From: an uncultured Verrucomicrobiae bacterium
GTDB lineage: Bacteria; Verrucomicrobiota; Verrucomicrobiia; Limisphaerales; Palsa-1400
Length of the DNA stretch: 64,000 nt
Assembly: GCA_963702845.1 (NCBI GenBank)
Contig: OY969763.1
Location: forward strand, 3,168,001 to 3,232,000
Direction: 5' to 3'
The position numbers and the translations under genes were made by a program. This document shows, in pieces, positions 17,855 to 27,087 of this stretch; positions within the stretch are counted from its first letter, which is position 1; each line of letters starts with the position of its first letter. The notes under the pieces are model-generated. The model was not told the DNA's origin and made no database searches. It saw only the letters and a list, made by a program, of their open reading frames with translations.

Positions 17855-19642
17855 ATGACCACGGTTCATAACATCGCTGCATACAAGTTTGCTCAACTAA
17901 GCGGGCTCAAAGAGCTCCGCGCTGATCTGCTGGCGCTCACGAAACGTTTGTGCCTGAAAGGAACCATCCTGATCAGCAGCGAAGGGATCAACCTCTTCGT
18001 CGCGGGTGGTCCGGACGAAATTGGCGGTCTCCTTGACCAATTGCGAAAAATTCCGGGCCTCGAAACTCTCCAAGTCAAAATCAGCGAAACGACGCATCAG
18101 CCCTTCAACCGCATGCTCGTTCGCATCAAAAAAGAAATCATCGCGTTCGGTGTTCCCGGCATCAACCCTGCCCTGCGCACTTCCCCCAAACTTCAAGCAA
18201 AGCAACTCAAGCAGTGGCTCGATGAAGGACGTCCCGTCACTTTACTCGACACACGAAACGATTATGAGGTGAAGCTGGGCACATTCGAAAATGCGCTGCC
18301 AATCGGCATCGATCACTTTCGCGATTTTCCATCGGCCGTGGCAAAATTGCCTGCGGAATTGAAACAGCAGCCCATCGTCATGTTTTGCACCGGCGGCATC
18401 CGTTGCGAAAAGGCCGGGCCTTATATGGAATCACAGGGCTTCAAGAACATCTTTCAGCTCGAAGGCGGTATTCTGAAATATTTCGAGGAATGCGGCGGCG
18501 CTCATTACAACGGCGAATGTTTTGTTTTTGATCAACGCGTCGGTGTCGATCCGAACCTGCATGAAACGGAAAGCACCCAGTGCTTTAATTGCCTTACGCC
18601 GCTCACGCAAGCTGAACAGGAGGATGAACGTTACGTAGCGGGAAACTCTTGTCCTTATTGCTTCAAAACGACCGTGGAACAGGCGGCTTTGAACCTCAGT
18701 CGAAGCCAGGAGAAAATTCGGCTGGCCGCCACGCCGTTGCCCGGCAGTGTCGCCTACGATAATTTTCGTCCGATCACCGTCCCCACCGAATGCGATGGCA
18801 ATTCTGTGATCGATTTTCTCACGACCACTCTCAAGCATCTCAAGGCCTCCAAATGGGTGAACCTTGCCGAAAAAGGACTTCTTCTCGGCCCTGATCGGAC
18901 GCCTGTCGCGCTCACTCACCGGGTCAGCGCCGGTGAACGTTATTTGGAAAAACTCCCAGCCATGGTCGAGCCGGATGTGAACCCGAACATTACCATCCTG
19001 CACGAAGACGAAGCGCTCCTGGTGCTCAATAAACCGGCTCCTCTGCCCATGCATGCTGGCGGTCGTTACAATCGAAACACGCTCTGGTACATTCTCAACA
19101 TTGCCTACCACCCGCAAAAACCGCATCCGGCCCACCGGCTCGATGCTAATACAACAGGCCTGGTGCTGGTCCCTCGCACACGTCATTTCGCGAAGCTGCT
19201 TCAGCCGCAATTCCAGCGTGGCAAAATAAAGAAGACATACCTTGCTCAAGTGCAAGGCACGCCCGCTGACGATACGTTTGTTTGCGAAGCGCCCATCAGC
19301 CTTGAAGCAGGTAAAGCTGGCTCGCGCGATGTCGATCACGAAAACGGATGCGCCGCCCGAACGGAGTTTAAAGTTCTGAAGCGCCACACAGATGGCACAA
19401 CGCTGCTTGAAGTCAATCCTGTGACCGGACGGACCAATCAGATTCGTATCCATCTTTGGGAACTTGGGTTTCCGATCTGCGGAGATCCTGTTTACCTGGC
19501 CGGCAAGCAGCTTGGCACAACTCAAACGTTGGCTGTCACCGATGCGCCACTTTGCTTGCACGCGTGGAAGTTGGAATTCACGCACCCGCTCACCAAAGAA
19601 CCTATGGCGTTGGTTGCTCCTGAGCCGGGTTGGCTACAGTAA
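17855..19642 (+). CDS. TrhO/YceA-type rhodanese (tRNA U34 hydroxylase-like) fused to RluA-family pseudouridine synthase
   Basis: N-half LLDTRNDYE, MFCTGGIRCEKA, LEGGILKY, CFVFDQR, Cys cluster; C-half [44 protein letters not shown]. Confidence 0.92.
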   Translation: MTTVHNIAAYKFAQLSGLKELRADLLALTKRLCLKGTILISSEGINLFVAGGPDEIGGLLDQLRKIPGLETLQVKISETTHQPFNRMLVRIKKEIIAFGVPGINPALRTSPKLQAKQLKQWLDEGRPVTLLDTRNDYEVKLGTFENALPIGIDHFRDFPSAVAKLPAELKQQPIVMFCTGGIRCEKAGPYMESQGFKNIFQLEGGILKYFEECGGAHYNGECFVFDQRVGVDPNLHETESTQCFNCLTPLTQAEQEDERYVAGNSCPYCFKTTVEQAALNLSRSQEKIRLAATPLPGSVAYDNFRPITVPTECDGNSVIDFLTTTLKHLKASKWVNLAEKGLLLGPDRTPVALTHRVSAGERYLEKLPAMVEPDVNPNITILHEDEALLVLNKPAPLPMHAGGRYNRNTLWYILNIAYHPQKPHPAHRLDANTTGLVLVPRTRHFAKLLQPQFQRGKIKKTYLAQVQGTPADDTFVCEAPISLEAGKAGSRDVDHENGCAARTEFKVLKRHTDGTTLLEVNPVTGRTNQIRIHLWELGFPICGDPVYLAGKQLGTTQTLAVTDAPLCLHAWKLEFTHPLTKEPMALVAPEPGWLQ

Positions 19643-19713
19643 CTCGCGCTTGACGCTTTTCTATCCTGTAGCAGCCGAGGTGACGATTATTTAGCTAGTC
19701 CGCGAGTAGATCC

Positions 19714-20529
19714 CTACTTTGATTGATTGACGTCGGCATTAGAGTCCAATTCGTCCTGCCCATCTGAGTGTTTTTGAGTGCTCCAATTGACAAAACTGGA
19801 AAGGCCCTCCAAGTCAGGAAAAAGCGTTTTGCGACTAACGCCGACTGAGCTCAATTGGCGTTGAAGAATTTGCTTCAGCTTCGCAGGAATCTGAATAGCT
19901 ACCAAATTCTCAGTTAGACCTTCTGTCTCCATTGCCTTTTGCTCCGGAGTAAGTTGCCCCATGATAAGTTGCTGCTTTGGGAACGGGTGATAAGTGAACG
20001 TACTGCTTTGGGCGACGACTCGGCGGTCGAACGGACTAGGTTGCAATTTGGCAACGACACTAACGCCCTCGAGTGATATTTTATCATGTTCGATTACAAG
20101 CCAAGGGTTGTGACAGACTACAACTCCATCTAGATGTAAATTGTTCTCAACTGCAAAGAACAACGCCACCAAGGGATTGGTTGTCCAATCGAGCAGTCTA
20201 GTTGCCAGTCCGTAATGCTGAGCAAAGGCAAGACACTCAAAATCGTTCGACGGGAGTTTATCACAATAGGCTATCGCATTTCTTCGCCATTCCCGAAATC
20301 TGCCAAGATCATTAGAGTCTTGTCCCTTTTCTCTCCAGTAATCATTTGCCACACTAAAGTACTCGGGTCGCCCAGCCTTTGGCAAAAGAGGCCATTCGCT
20401 TAAACCTTTCGTTTGACCACGGAATATCCAACCCATTTCGTTCCAATATTGGCCAGCTATCGCGATAAAGTGTGGCAGCCCTATAAGTTGATACGGTAGA
20501 GCAATAGGTTGATCTAATTTATCTGTCAC
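19714..20529 (-). CDS. FRG domain protein
   Basis: IFRGQ, AQHYGLATRLLDWTTNPLVALFFA, RVVAQSSTF, TLFPDLEG; lower GC. Confidence 0.92.
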   Translation of the reverse strand: MTDKLDQPIALPYQLIGLPHFIAIAGQYWNEMGWIFRGQTKGLSEWPLLPKAGRPEYFSVANDYWREKGQDSNDLGRFREWRRNAIAYCDKLPSNDFECLAFAQHYGLATRLLDWTTNPLVALFFAVENNLHLDGVVVCHNPWLVIEHDKISLEGVSVVAKLQPSPFDRRVVAQSSTFTYHPFPKQQLIMGQLTPEQKAMETEGLTENLVAIQIPAKLKQILQRQLSSVGVSRKTLFPDLEGLSSFVNWSTQKHSDGQDELDSNADVNQSK

Positions 20530-20690
20530 GGGTTAGTTGTTAGAAGAATAAAACGCTCGCGTCAATAAATCGCGCTTGACGATTTTTCCTGCCTTTGGCA
20601 CACACGCGGCGTCCCCATGAATCTGTGTGAGTCCAGACAACTCATGGGCTGGGGAATCGGAATCAGTCCGGCAATCGGCTTCACTCTTCC

Positions 20691-20797
20691 CAATCCCAAA
20701 GGGATTGCGCCCTCCAGCCCAAGGTTGAGGAGGGCAGCGGGGCTCTACCTTGGGATCGATGTCACGAAATTCGTTGCAACCTCGAAGAGGTTGCGGC
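20691..20797. repeat. Left REP array of the Y1 transposase
   Basis: CAATCCC-AAA-GGGATTG; CCCAAGG...CCTTGGG; GCAACCTC-GAA-GAGGTTGC. Confidence 0.85.
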
Positions 20798-20808
20798 ACA
20801 CAACGCGC

Positions 20809-21264
20809 ATGCCACAGGCTCTCTCGGCGGTTTATATTCACGTGGTGTTCTCGACAAAAGAGCGACGTCCATTTCTCCGCAACGCTCAAATGCGGCATTC
20901 ATTGTACGAGTATTTGGGTGGCGTTACCAAAACATTGGAGTGTCCGCCGATTATTATAGGAGGGGTGGAGGACCATGTTCATCTGCTCTGCTGTTTCGGA
21001 CGGACAATTACGCAGGCAGAGTGGATAAAAGAACTCAAGCGCGTCTCCAATGCGTGGATCAAATGCCAAGGCCGAGCGTATGAGGATTTTGCATGGCAGG
21101 GTGGCTATGCGGACTTTTCGGTCAGCCAGTCGAATTTGGAAAAGGTGGAGGCGTATATCGCAGGACAAGACGAACATCACCGGACAATGAGTTTTCAGGA
21201 TGAGGTGCGAGCGATGTTGCGCAGGCACAAGCTTGAATTTGACGAGAGGTATCTCTGGGATTGA
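20809..21264 (+). mobile_element. tnpA: IS200/IS605-family Y1 HUH transposase, REP-associated (RAYT-like)
   Basis: YIHVVFSTKER, EDHVH (HUH), FAWQGGY, YIAGQDEHH; no tnpB; flanked by inverted REP arrays. Confidence 0.92.
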
Positions 21265-21276
21265 TGACGGGATGGG

Positions 21277-21386
21277 GCCGCAACCTCTTCGAGGTTGGAT
21301 GTTATTATCGTCGTTTGTTCCCAGGGTTGGCCCCTGTTCGCCCCCCAGCCAACCCTGGGCTGGAGGTCGCAACCTCTTTGAGGTTG
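21277..21386. repeat. Right REP array of the Y1 transposase
   Basis: 21277-21297 is the exact reverse complement of 20777-20797; then CCCAGGGTTGG...CCAACCCTGGG and CAACCTC-TTT-GAGGTTG. Confidence 0.88.
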
Positions 21387-21398
21387 TTGGGCAACGCG

Positions 21399-21596
21399 GA
21401 TGGAACGACGCTGCTTGAAGTCATTCCTGTGACCGGCCGCACCAATCAGATCCGCATCCATCTTTGGGAACTCGGATTTCCGATTTTGCGGCGACCCCGC
21501 GTATCAGCCCAGCAAAGAGCTTGGCACAACACAAACTCTCCCCGTCATCGCCTCGCCGCTGTGCCTAACACGCATGGAAGTTGGAATTCACGCACC
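21399..21596 (+). pseudogene. Diverged duplicate of the RluA-domain 3' region (19391-19586)
   Basis: [33 protein letters not shown]...[11 protein letters not shown] with two 1-nt insertions; mostly third-position differences. Confidence 0.92.
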
Positions 21597-21600
21597 GCCC

Positions 21601-21705
21601 TACCCCTTCCAGGGGGTTACAGCCGTCAGGCCGTCAGGGATGTTGATGGTCAATCGGTTGGGATGTAAACGAGCCGTCATGCTGACGGCAGGCACCCGTC
21701 AGGTT
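21601..21705. repeat. 105-bp CCGTCAGG-motif element, copy 2
   Basis: See 11-115. Confidence 0.85.
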
Positions 21706-21840
21706 TCCTTCCGCAGTCACCGAAACCCTTTCCGTGACCACCCAAAGGACTTCCGCGACCACGACAACGCAGCCACGGAAACTTCCGCCGTGGTCATCCC
21801 CCTCCCTTTCCGCTGTCAAAAAAACGTGAGGAATCTTGAT

Positions 21841-21930
21841 GAATGGCGGGGTGGGGATTTACAGCCCACTGTTCGCAGAAAAAACTATCCGAACACATGT
21901 CGTAAATTTGCCGTATATTAATTGTTAGAT
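21841..21930 (+). other. attI-like site, copy 2
   Basis: 29/35 match to 17387-17421, then TTAATT-GTTAGAT core 17 nt before the ATG of a cassette-like gene. Confidence 0.55.
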
Positions 21931-21947
21931 CGCAATCGAGGTAGCAC

Positions 21948-22394
21948 ATGGACATAGCAATTATTGGCGCCCTTTCAGCAGTCTTGGGATCAATCGTTGG
22001 TGGCGCGGCATCGATATCTACTGCTTGGCTTACCCAACGCTCGCAAAGCAAACGAGAATCCATGATTTCGGAGATAAGGCGGCGCGAGCAGGTCTATGCT
22101 GAGTTTATCCAAGAATGCTCTCGACTGGCAATGGATGCACTAGACAGCACTCTGGATAAACCAAACCTACTGATACAGGTCTATGCAATCCATCATCGAA
22201 TTCGTCTCGTATCGACAGATGCTGTGTCGGGCGCTTCAGCGGAGACCATAAAATTGATCATCGCTCGATACCAGCAACCCAAGATGACATTGGAACAGAT
22301 GCGCAAGCACCCCGACTCAGAGCTCTACGACCCGTTACGCGCTTTTAGCAACGCCTGCAGAGAGGAATTACAGGCCCTACACCGTGCGCTCTAA
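21948..22394 (+). CDS. Hypothetical protein with N-terminal TM; probable integron gene cassette
   Basis: 148 aa, GAGG RBS; bounded by GTTAGAT and a TCTAAC overlapping its stop. Confidence 0.75.
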   Translation: MDIAIIGALSAVLGSIVGGAASISTAWLTQRSQSKRESMISEIRRREQVYAEFIQECSRLAMDALDSTLDKPNLLIQVYAIHHRIRLVSTDAVSGASAETIKLIIARYQQPKMTLEQMRKHPDSELYDPLRAFSNACREELQALHRAL

Positions 22395-22421
22395 CCATGC
22401 GCTGAGCTTGGGTTGTTAGGG
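22389..22421 (+). other. Collapsed attC-like site
   Basis: CTCTAAC-CATGC-GCTGAGCTTGGGTT-GTTAGGG: inverse core and core present, central arms missing. Confidence 0.6.
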
Positions 22422-22440
22422 AGCCTCTCCCTGCCTGGGA

Positions 22441-23487
22441 TCAAGACGCGCCATGTTTGCGCCGACGCGGCAGATGGCGGACGTGCCCGAAACTGACCAG
22501 CTTGCGGCGTTGTTCATCCCACAGCCGAAACGTGAACGACTTTAAGCTGCCCCAAAAGGTGACCGGCTTGACGCTTTGAAAAAGCGGATGCGCCCGGTGG
22601 CATCGCTCCAGGTTGTAATTGGGGATGCGCGCGCTCAAGTGATGGATGTGGTGATAGCCGATGTTGCCGGAGAACCATTGGAGTATCTTCGGCAATTTGT
22701 AGAAGGAACTGCCCTGCAATGCCGCCGTCGTGTAATCCCAGTCAGCGCTGCGTTCCCAGTAAACGCCTTCGAACTGATGCTGGACGTAGAAGAGCCAAAC
22801 CCCGACCGACCCGCCCACCGCCATCACGATCAGTTGCAGCAAGAGATAATGTTTGATGCCGAATATGGCGCTTAACCCCACCGCCATCGCCAGCAGCGCC
22901 AGGTTCATCCAATAGACCGACCATCGTTCGCGCTCGCTCGCGCCGGAGGTGGTAAAGCGGTTTCCGATCAGGAACAAATAGAACGGGCCCAGCCCGAACA
23001 GAACGAATGGATTGCGCGCCAGTCGATACGCGAAACGTTTCCACGGTCCCGACTCCAGATATTCCTGCACCGTCATCGTCCAGACATCGCCCGTGCCGCG
23101 TTTATCGAGATGGCCGGAAGTCGCGTGGTGAATCGAGTGTTCCCAGCGCCAGTGAAAGTAGGGCGTCAACGTCAGCATGCCGGTGAAGAAGCCGACGATG
23201 TCATTGGCCGTGCGCGATTTAAAATAGGACCCGTGCCCGCAGTCGTGGAAGATAATAAAAATCCGCACCATAAACAGCCCGGCTAAAATCGCCAGCGGCA
23301 GGGTCAACCACCACGACACTTGCAAAGTGAAATACATCAAATACCAGAGCGCCGCATAAGGGACCAGCGTGTTGATCATCTGCCACACCGCGCGTCCGAG
23401 GGAGGGTTTCTGATATTGCGCGACCATTGCCTTCCATTGGCTCGTATCAGGCGCGGGGTTATTTGCCGTCGAATCCGGAGTTTTCAT
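22441..23487 (-). CDS. Membrane fatty acid desaturase (Des-like)
   Basis: His boxes HDCGH, HSIHH, HHIHH; FYVQHQF. Confidence 0.95.
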   Translation of the reverse strand: MKTPDSTANNPAPDTSQWKAMVAQYQKPSLGRAVWQMINTLVPYAALWYLMYFTLQVSWWLTLPLAILAGLFMVRIFIIFHDCGHGSYFKSRTANDIVGFFTGMLTLTPYFHWRWEHSIHHATSGHLDKRGTGDVWTMTVQEYLESGPWKRFAYRLARNPFVLFGLGPFYLFLIGNRFTTSGASERERWSVYWMNLALLAMAVGLSAIFGIKHYLLLQLIVMAVGGSVGVWLFYVQHQFEGVYWERSADWDYTTAALQGSSFYKLPKILQWFSGNIGYHHIHHLSARIPNYNLERCHRAHPLFQSVKPVTFWGSLKSFTFRLWDEQRRKLVSFGHVRHLPRRRKHGAS

Positions 23488-23573
23488 AGGATACCACTAT
23501 GAATGTAAGGCCGTTTTCACTTTTGGCCTATGAGGTGTTTCACGCGATGCAGAATAGCCTCGTAGAAGCAGAA

Positions 23574-23619
23574 CGGCATCTGCGTGGAAGCCTTGCGGCT
23601 GAACCATTCGCAGATGCCG
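23574..23619 (-). terminator. Stem-loop downstream of the 23668 gene, probable terminator
   Basis: CGGCATCTGCG...CGCAGATGCCG 11-bp stem; weak U tract on the minus strand. Confidence 0.55.
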
Positions 23620-23667
23620 AAATTGCACTGGCGCGACTACGCGAGCAACGCTCGCAAGGGCGCTAGT

Positions 23668-26600
23668 TTAATGCTTCAAACGATAGTAGGCAGCGCCGTT
23701 GATCGGCACGCTCACCTGATATTCGTTTCCAACGACTGTTGCGCCTCCAACCGTGTTCCATGAAACCTGATTGACCGCTGTCGCGGTTTCGAGATTGAAA
23801 CCAACGACGCTCGAAGGCCAGGCGAGGACGATATTGTTGCCGGAGATGAATGCGCGCATTGTCGGAGACGGTGACACACAGATGTTCTGGGCCGTTGCGC
23901 TATTGCGCGGGCTCACAGGCGCGGAGGTGAAGTCCGCGGCATTGTCACCTGTATCCACACAACCGGCACTGGCGCGGAACATGGCATTGGCGTTTGCCGT
24001 GGTCCAATTCACTGGAGCACTACCTTCATACGCAGTCGTGCCCGTGCCGTAACCAACGAAATCCATCACAAACGAAGTGGCCAACGGGCTTGCACCCGCC
24101 AACGGGGATTCGCTATTGCACAACGCTATCTTGCCGGCGCCTTGCGCCGGATTGATTGCAGCGAGTGTAAAATCCGGGCTTGCCGGCAACGCGGCGCCCG
24201 TCGTTCCATTTGTGCTCAGTACGACGAGGTAGTAACGATATGCCGGGACTGTGACGTTCGGCAGGTTGCCGGCGGCCCAAGTAGAACCAGTCGACGACGC
24301 ATACTGCAACGACCAGTTATTCAAGCTGACGGGGTTTGCCGAGTGATTGAACAACTCGACGAACTTGCTGCTGTATGTCGCTCCTGCATTGCCGCCACCG
24401 GGATAAACCTGGCTGATGACAAGGCCATTGGTCGCGGGCGCGCCGACGGTCAACAGGAACGTGGTCGTGTTAGCGTTACCGGCTGAGTCGGAAACATTCA
24501 CGGAAATGTTCGCAAAGCCTTGCTGACCCGCTACAGGAACAACCGTTACCGTCCGATTGGTTCCGCTACCACCGAATGTAATACTGCCATTGGCAACGAG
24601 CGATTGATTATCGGACGAACCGCCATAAGTGCAGGTATCTGGCGATACCGATTTGTCCGTGACAATAAACGGAATAGGCCCCGTCGAGGTGCTGACCGGC
24701 GTGGTGCGATTCGCGATCGAATTGACAATGAGCGCAGGCGCCACATCGGCAAACGCGGTACTGACCACCATGTTATCGATGTATTCGATACCTTCGCCGG
24801 CTATGCCTTCGCGAAGTGCGATGTGATCAATTTCCTGCGGCGGCGTGCCATCGGCTGCGGTGACGCTGGCGCTGCTTTCAGAGGTTGGATTGATCCAAAG
24901 CGTCGTTGAAGCACTACCGACGATGTATCGGACGACGACATAATACGAACTGTTCAAACTGGAGATCCTGGGGGAAGTCAATATTCGGAGCAGAACCGCC
25001 GTTGGCAATACCAACACGATATTTGCCCGGCGCGGCGTTACCGCTGGAAACGAATGCTTTCGCTTTGAAACCCGAAGTCGTCGTGTCTTTCAACAACGCG
25101 AAGTAATCGCCAGCAGCACCTGGCAGTTTACCTAAGGTGAGCTTGAAGCCGTAATAGAGGATCGAACCATCGTTGGTGCCAAACGGTATATGAGCCAGTG
25201 GCGCATAAATATCTTCTGAATTCGTCTCGTTGATAATCGCCACCTTGTTGCTGACGATTAATTGATAGAGCGTCCCACTGAATTGGAACCATGGGCTGCT
25301 CGCTGACTGAGACAAAGCGGTGTTATCAGGATATGCATCAAAATTATCCGAGAACAGCAAACCGTACTGCGGCGCGACGTCGAATGTGAACGTGTTTGTC
25401 ACAGGTACTGTTGCCAGTCCCGCTGTTATTATCGCTGCACGTAACCGTAATCGTAGTAAGACCTGTTTGCCCGGGTTGTGGCGTGACGGTCAATGTCCGG
25501 TTGGTGCCGCTGGCATCGCTCGTCAAAGCCAACGCAGAGGGTGTACTGGGCACCAGCGTTGGGTTGGAGGAAGTGGCAACAACGGCTAGCGCTGTCGCCG
25601 CCGACTCGTGGTCTGACACTTGAAAGGTTACGACTTTCGGTGCATCACCAACGTGCGCGAGTTGAGACGGAATCTGCGAGATAGAAGGCGCACCAACAAA
25701 CACCGTAAACGTCACGGTGTTCGTAGCTTTACCAGGGTTGGATGCTGAGACTTGGATAACGGCGGGACCTTGACGGTTACTAAGAGGGGTAATCTTTAAA
25801 GAACGCTGCGATGGGTCCGTGGCATTGGTTGTAATGACCACTCCGCTGTTCGCAACCACCGTCGAACTTAAAGAGATGGCGGTAGTGCCAATGGTGCTGG
25901 CCGGATTATGATCATCAGTGACGACAAAAGGAATAGTCAAAGCGACATTCCTTGGCGTGTCGGCTCGACTTAAAGGCAGACCACTGATGCTTGGCGGGGT
26001 GTTCGTGCCCGCCACGTCGGTAAATAAAGTCCCAATCTTCAGGTTACCGGCGCGCACAACCCCCGGAAAACTGCTGCCGACCTGGCGAAACGCGAAATAG
26101 CTCAAGTCAACGGCATTGCCGGGACCCGGCACGGAAACGCTTGCGTCGCCCTCTTGATTCGGATTAATCCACATCTGCGAGTTGCCATCGTTGACGCCAA
26201 CGCGCAGGACGATCGTGTAAGCGGTATTGGTGGACAGCGGCGTCGAATTGACAACGTATTCAGAGTTCGTGAAGCTGCCGCCGGTTGCCGTTAGCCCGAG
26301 CAAAAGCTTTCCGCTCGGTGCGCCGTTGGTATAGGCAAATACACGGCAGCGGAAACCATTGGTTTGCGCCGCATTGGCGGACGTATCTTTGAAATGCGCA
26401 AAATAGTTTGCGGTCAGTGAGTTTGTGTCGCCAGGCAACGATTCAAAATTGAGCACCATGCTCGCGTAAAGCGCACCGACCAGGGGATTACCGGTAGCGG
26501 TTCCGTTATAAGGGCTGTTGGGAAACAGCACGCTGCAATCTTCCGCGTTTGCGAACACGATGCGGTCGGATTGGTTGGTGACAGTCTGCGGGCCTGAACC

Positions 26601-26747
26601 GCCGCCAGAGTGGGCAGTCCATCCAGGTTCATTGCCGATCAGCGAGCCGTCAGGATAGGCGAAAGGCTCTGTCAGCACGACAGCACCATGCGCTATAACA
26701 GCACAGAAAAGAGACGACAAAAGAATGAGTTTTTTCATGCGATTCAT
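23668..26747 (-). CDS. Secreted multidomain surface protein (~1025 aa): lectin-like x2, cadherin/Ig-like repeats, lamin-tail domain, C-terminal W...YYRL domain; +1 frameshifts at ~25403 and ~24961
   Basis: Three ORFs join after removing one base at each site (NST-VTNTFTF; FPQDL-SLNSSYYVV); signal peptide; SSNPTLV...GTNRTLTVTP repeats; LVISQVYPGGG...FVELFN. Confidence 0.85.
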
Positions 26748-27039
26748 GCGGGGTCTGAGTCAGTGTAATGATGTCTACCGAAGTCTTTACCTCTAAATAT
26801 TATTCCACGAATTCTATTAGAATCTCTGAAATAGGTCTAGCCCGATTTAGCACCTTGAGCGAGTTTTCGGCGTTTCTTTGACGGAAGTCCATGTTGCATC
26901 TGACGTTCTTAAATCGCCGATTCGTGCGCAAAAAAACAGCTAATCATCAAGCTCGTCAATGATTATACCATAAAGTAGCTACGCGGCAATCTAAAGTAGT
27001 AACGCTCAACTGAACGACTATCAGCAATGACAGCATAAC

Positions 27040-27071
27040 AAAAAAGGCGTCCCGCTTTTGCGGGACGCCTT
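27040..27071 (-). terminator. Rho-independent terminator
   Basis: AAAAAAGGCGTCCCGC-TTTT-GCGGGACGCCTT; U tract on the minus strand 16 nt after stop 27088. Confidence 0.9.
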
Positions 27072-27087
27072 GTGAATCAATTTCTAA

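Noticed and set aside
20530..20545. TTAGTTGTTAGAAG as cassette boundary for the FRG gene
   Set aside because: Orientation is opposite to the gene and no attC partner was found
20617..20808. 64-aa N-terminal extension of the transposase
   Set aside because: It is read-through of the REP hairpins; family-like sequence starts at ATG 20809
21399..21596. Duplicate as template repeat of a diversity-generating retroelement
   Set aside because: Differences are not adenine-specific, are mostly synonymous, and no reverse transcriptase is in the window
21870..21895. LexA box (TGTTC-N4-GAACA type) in the attI-like region
   Set aside because: TGTTC and GAACA half-sites are present but with wrong spacing
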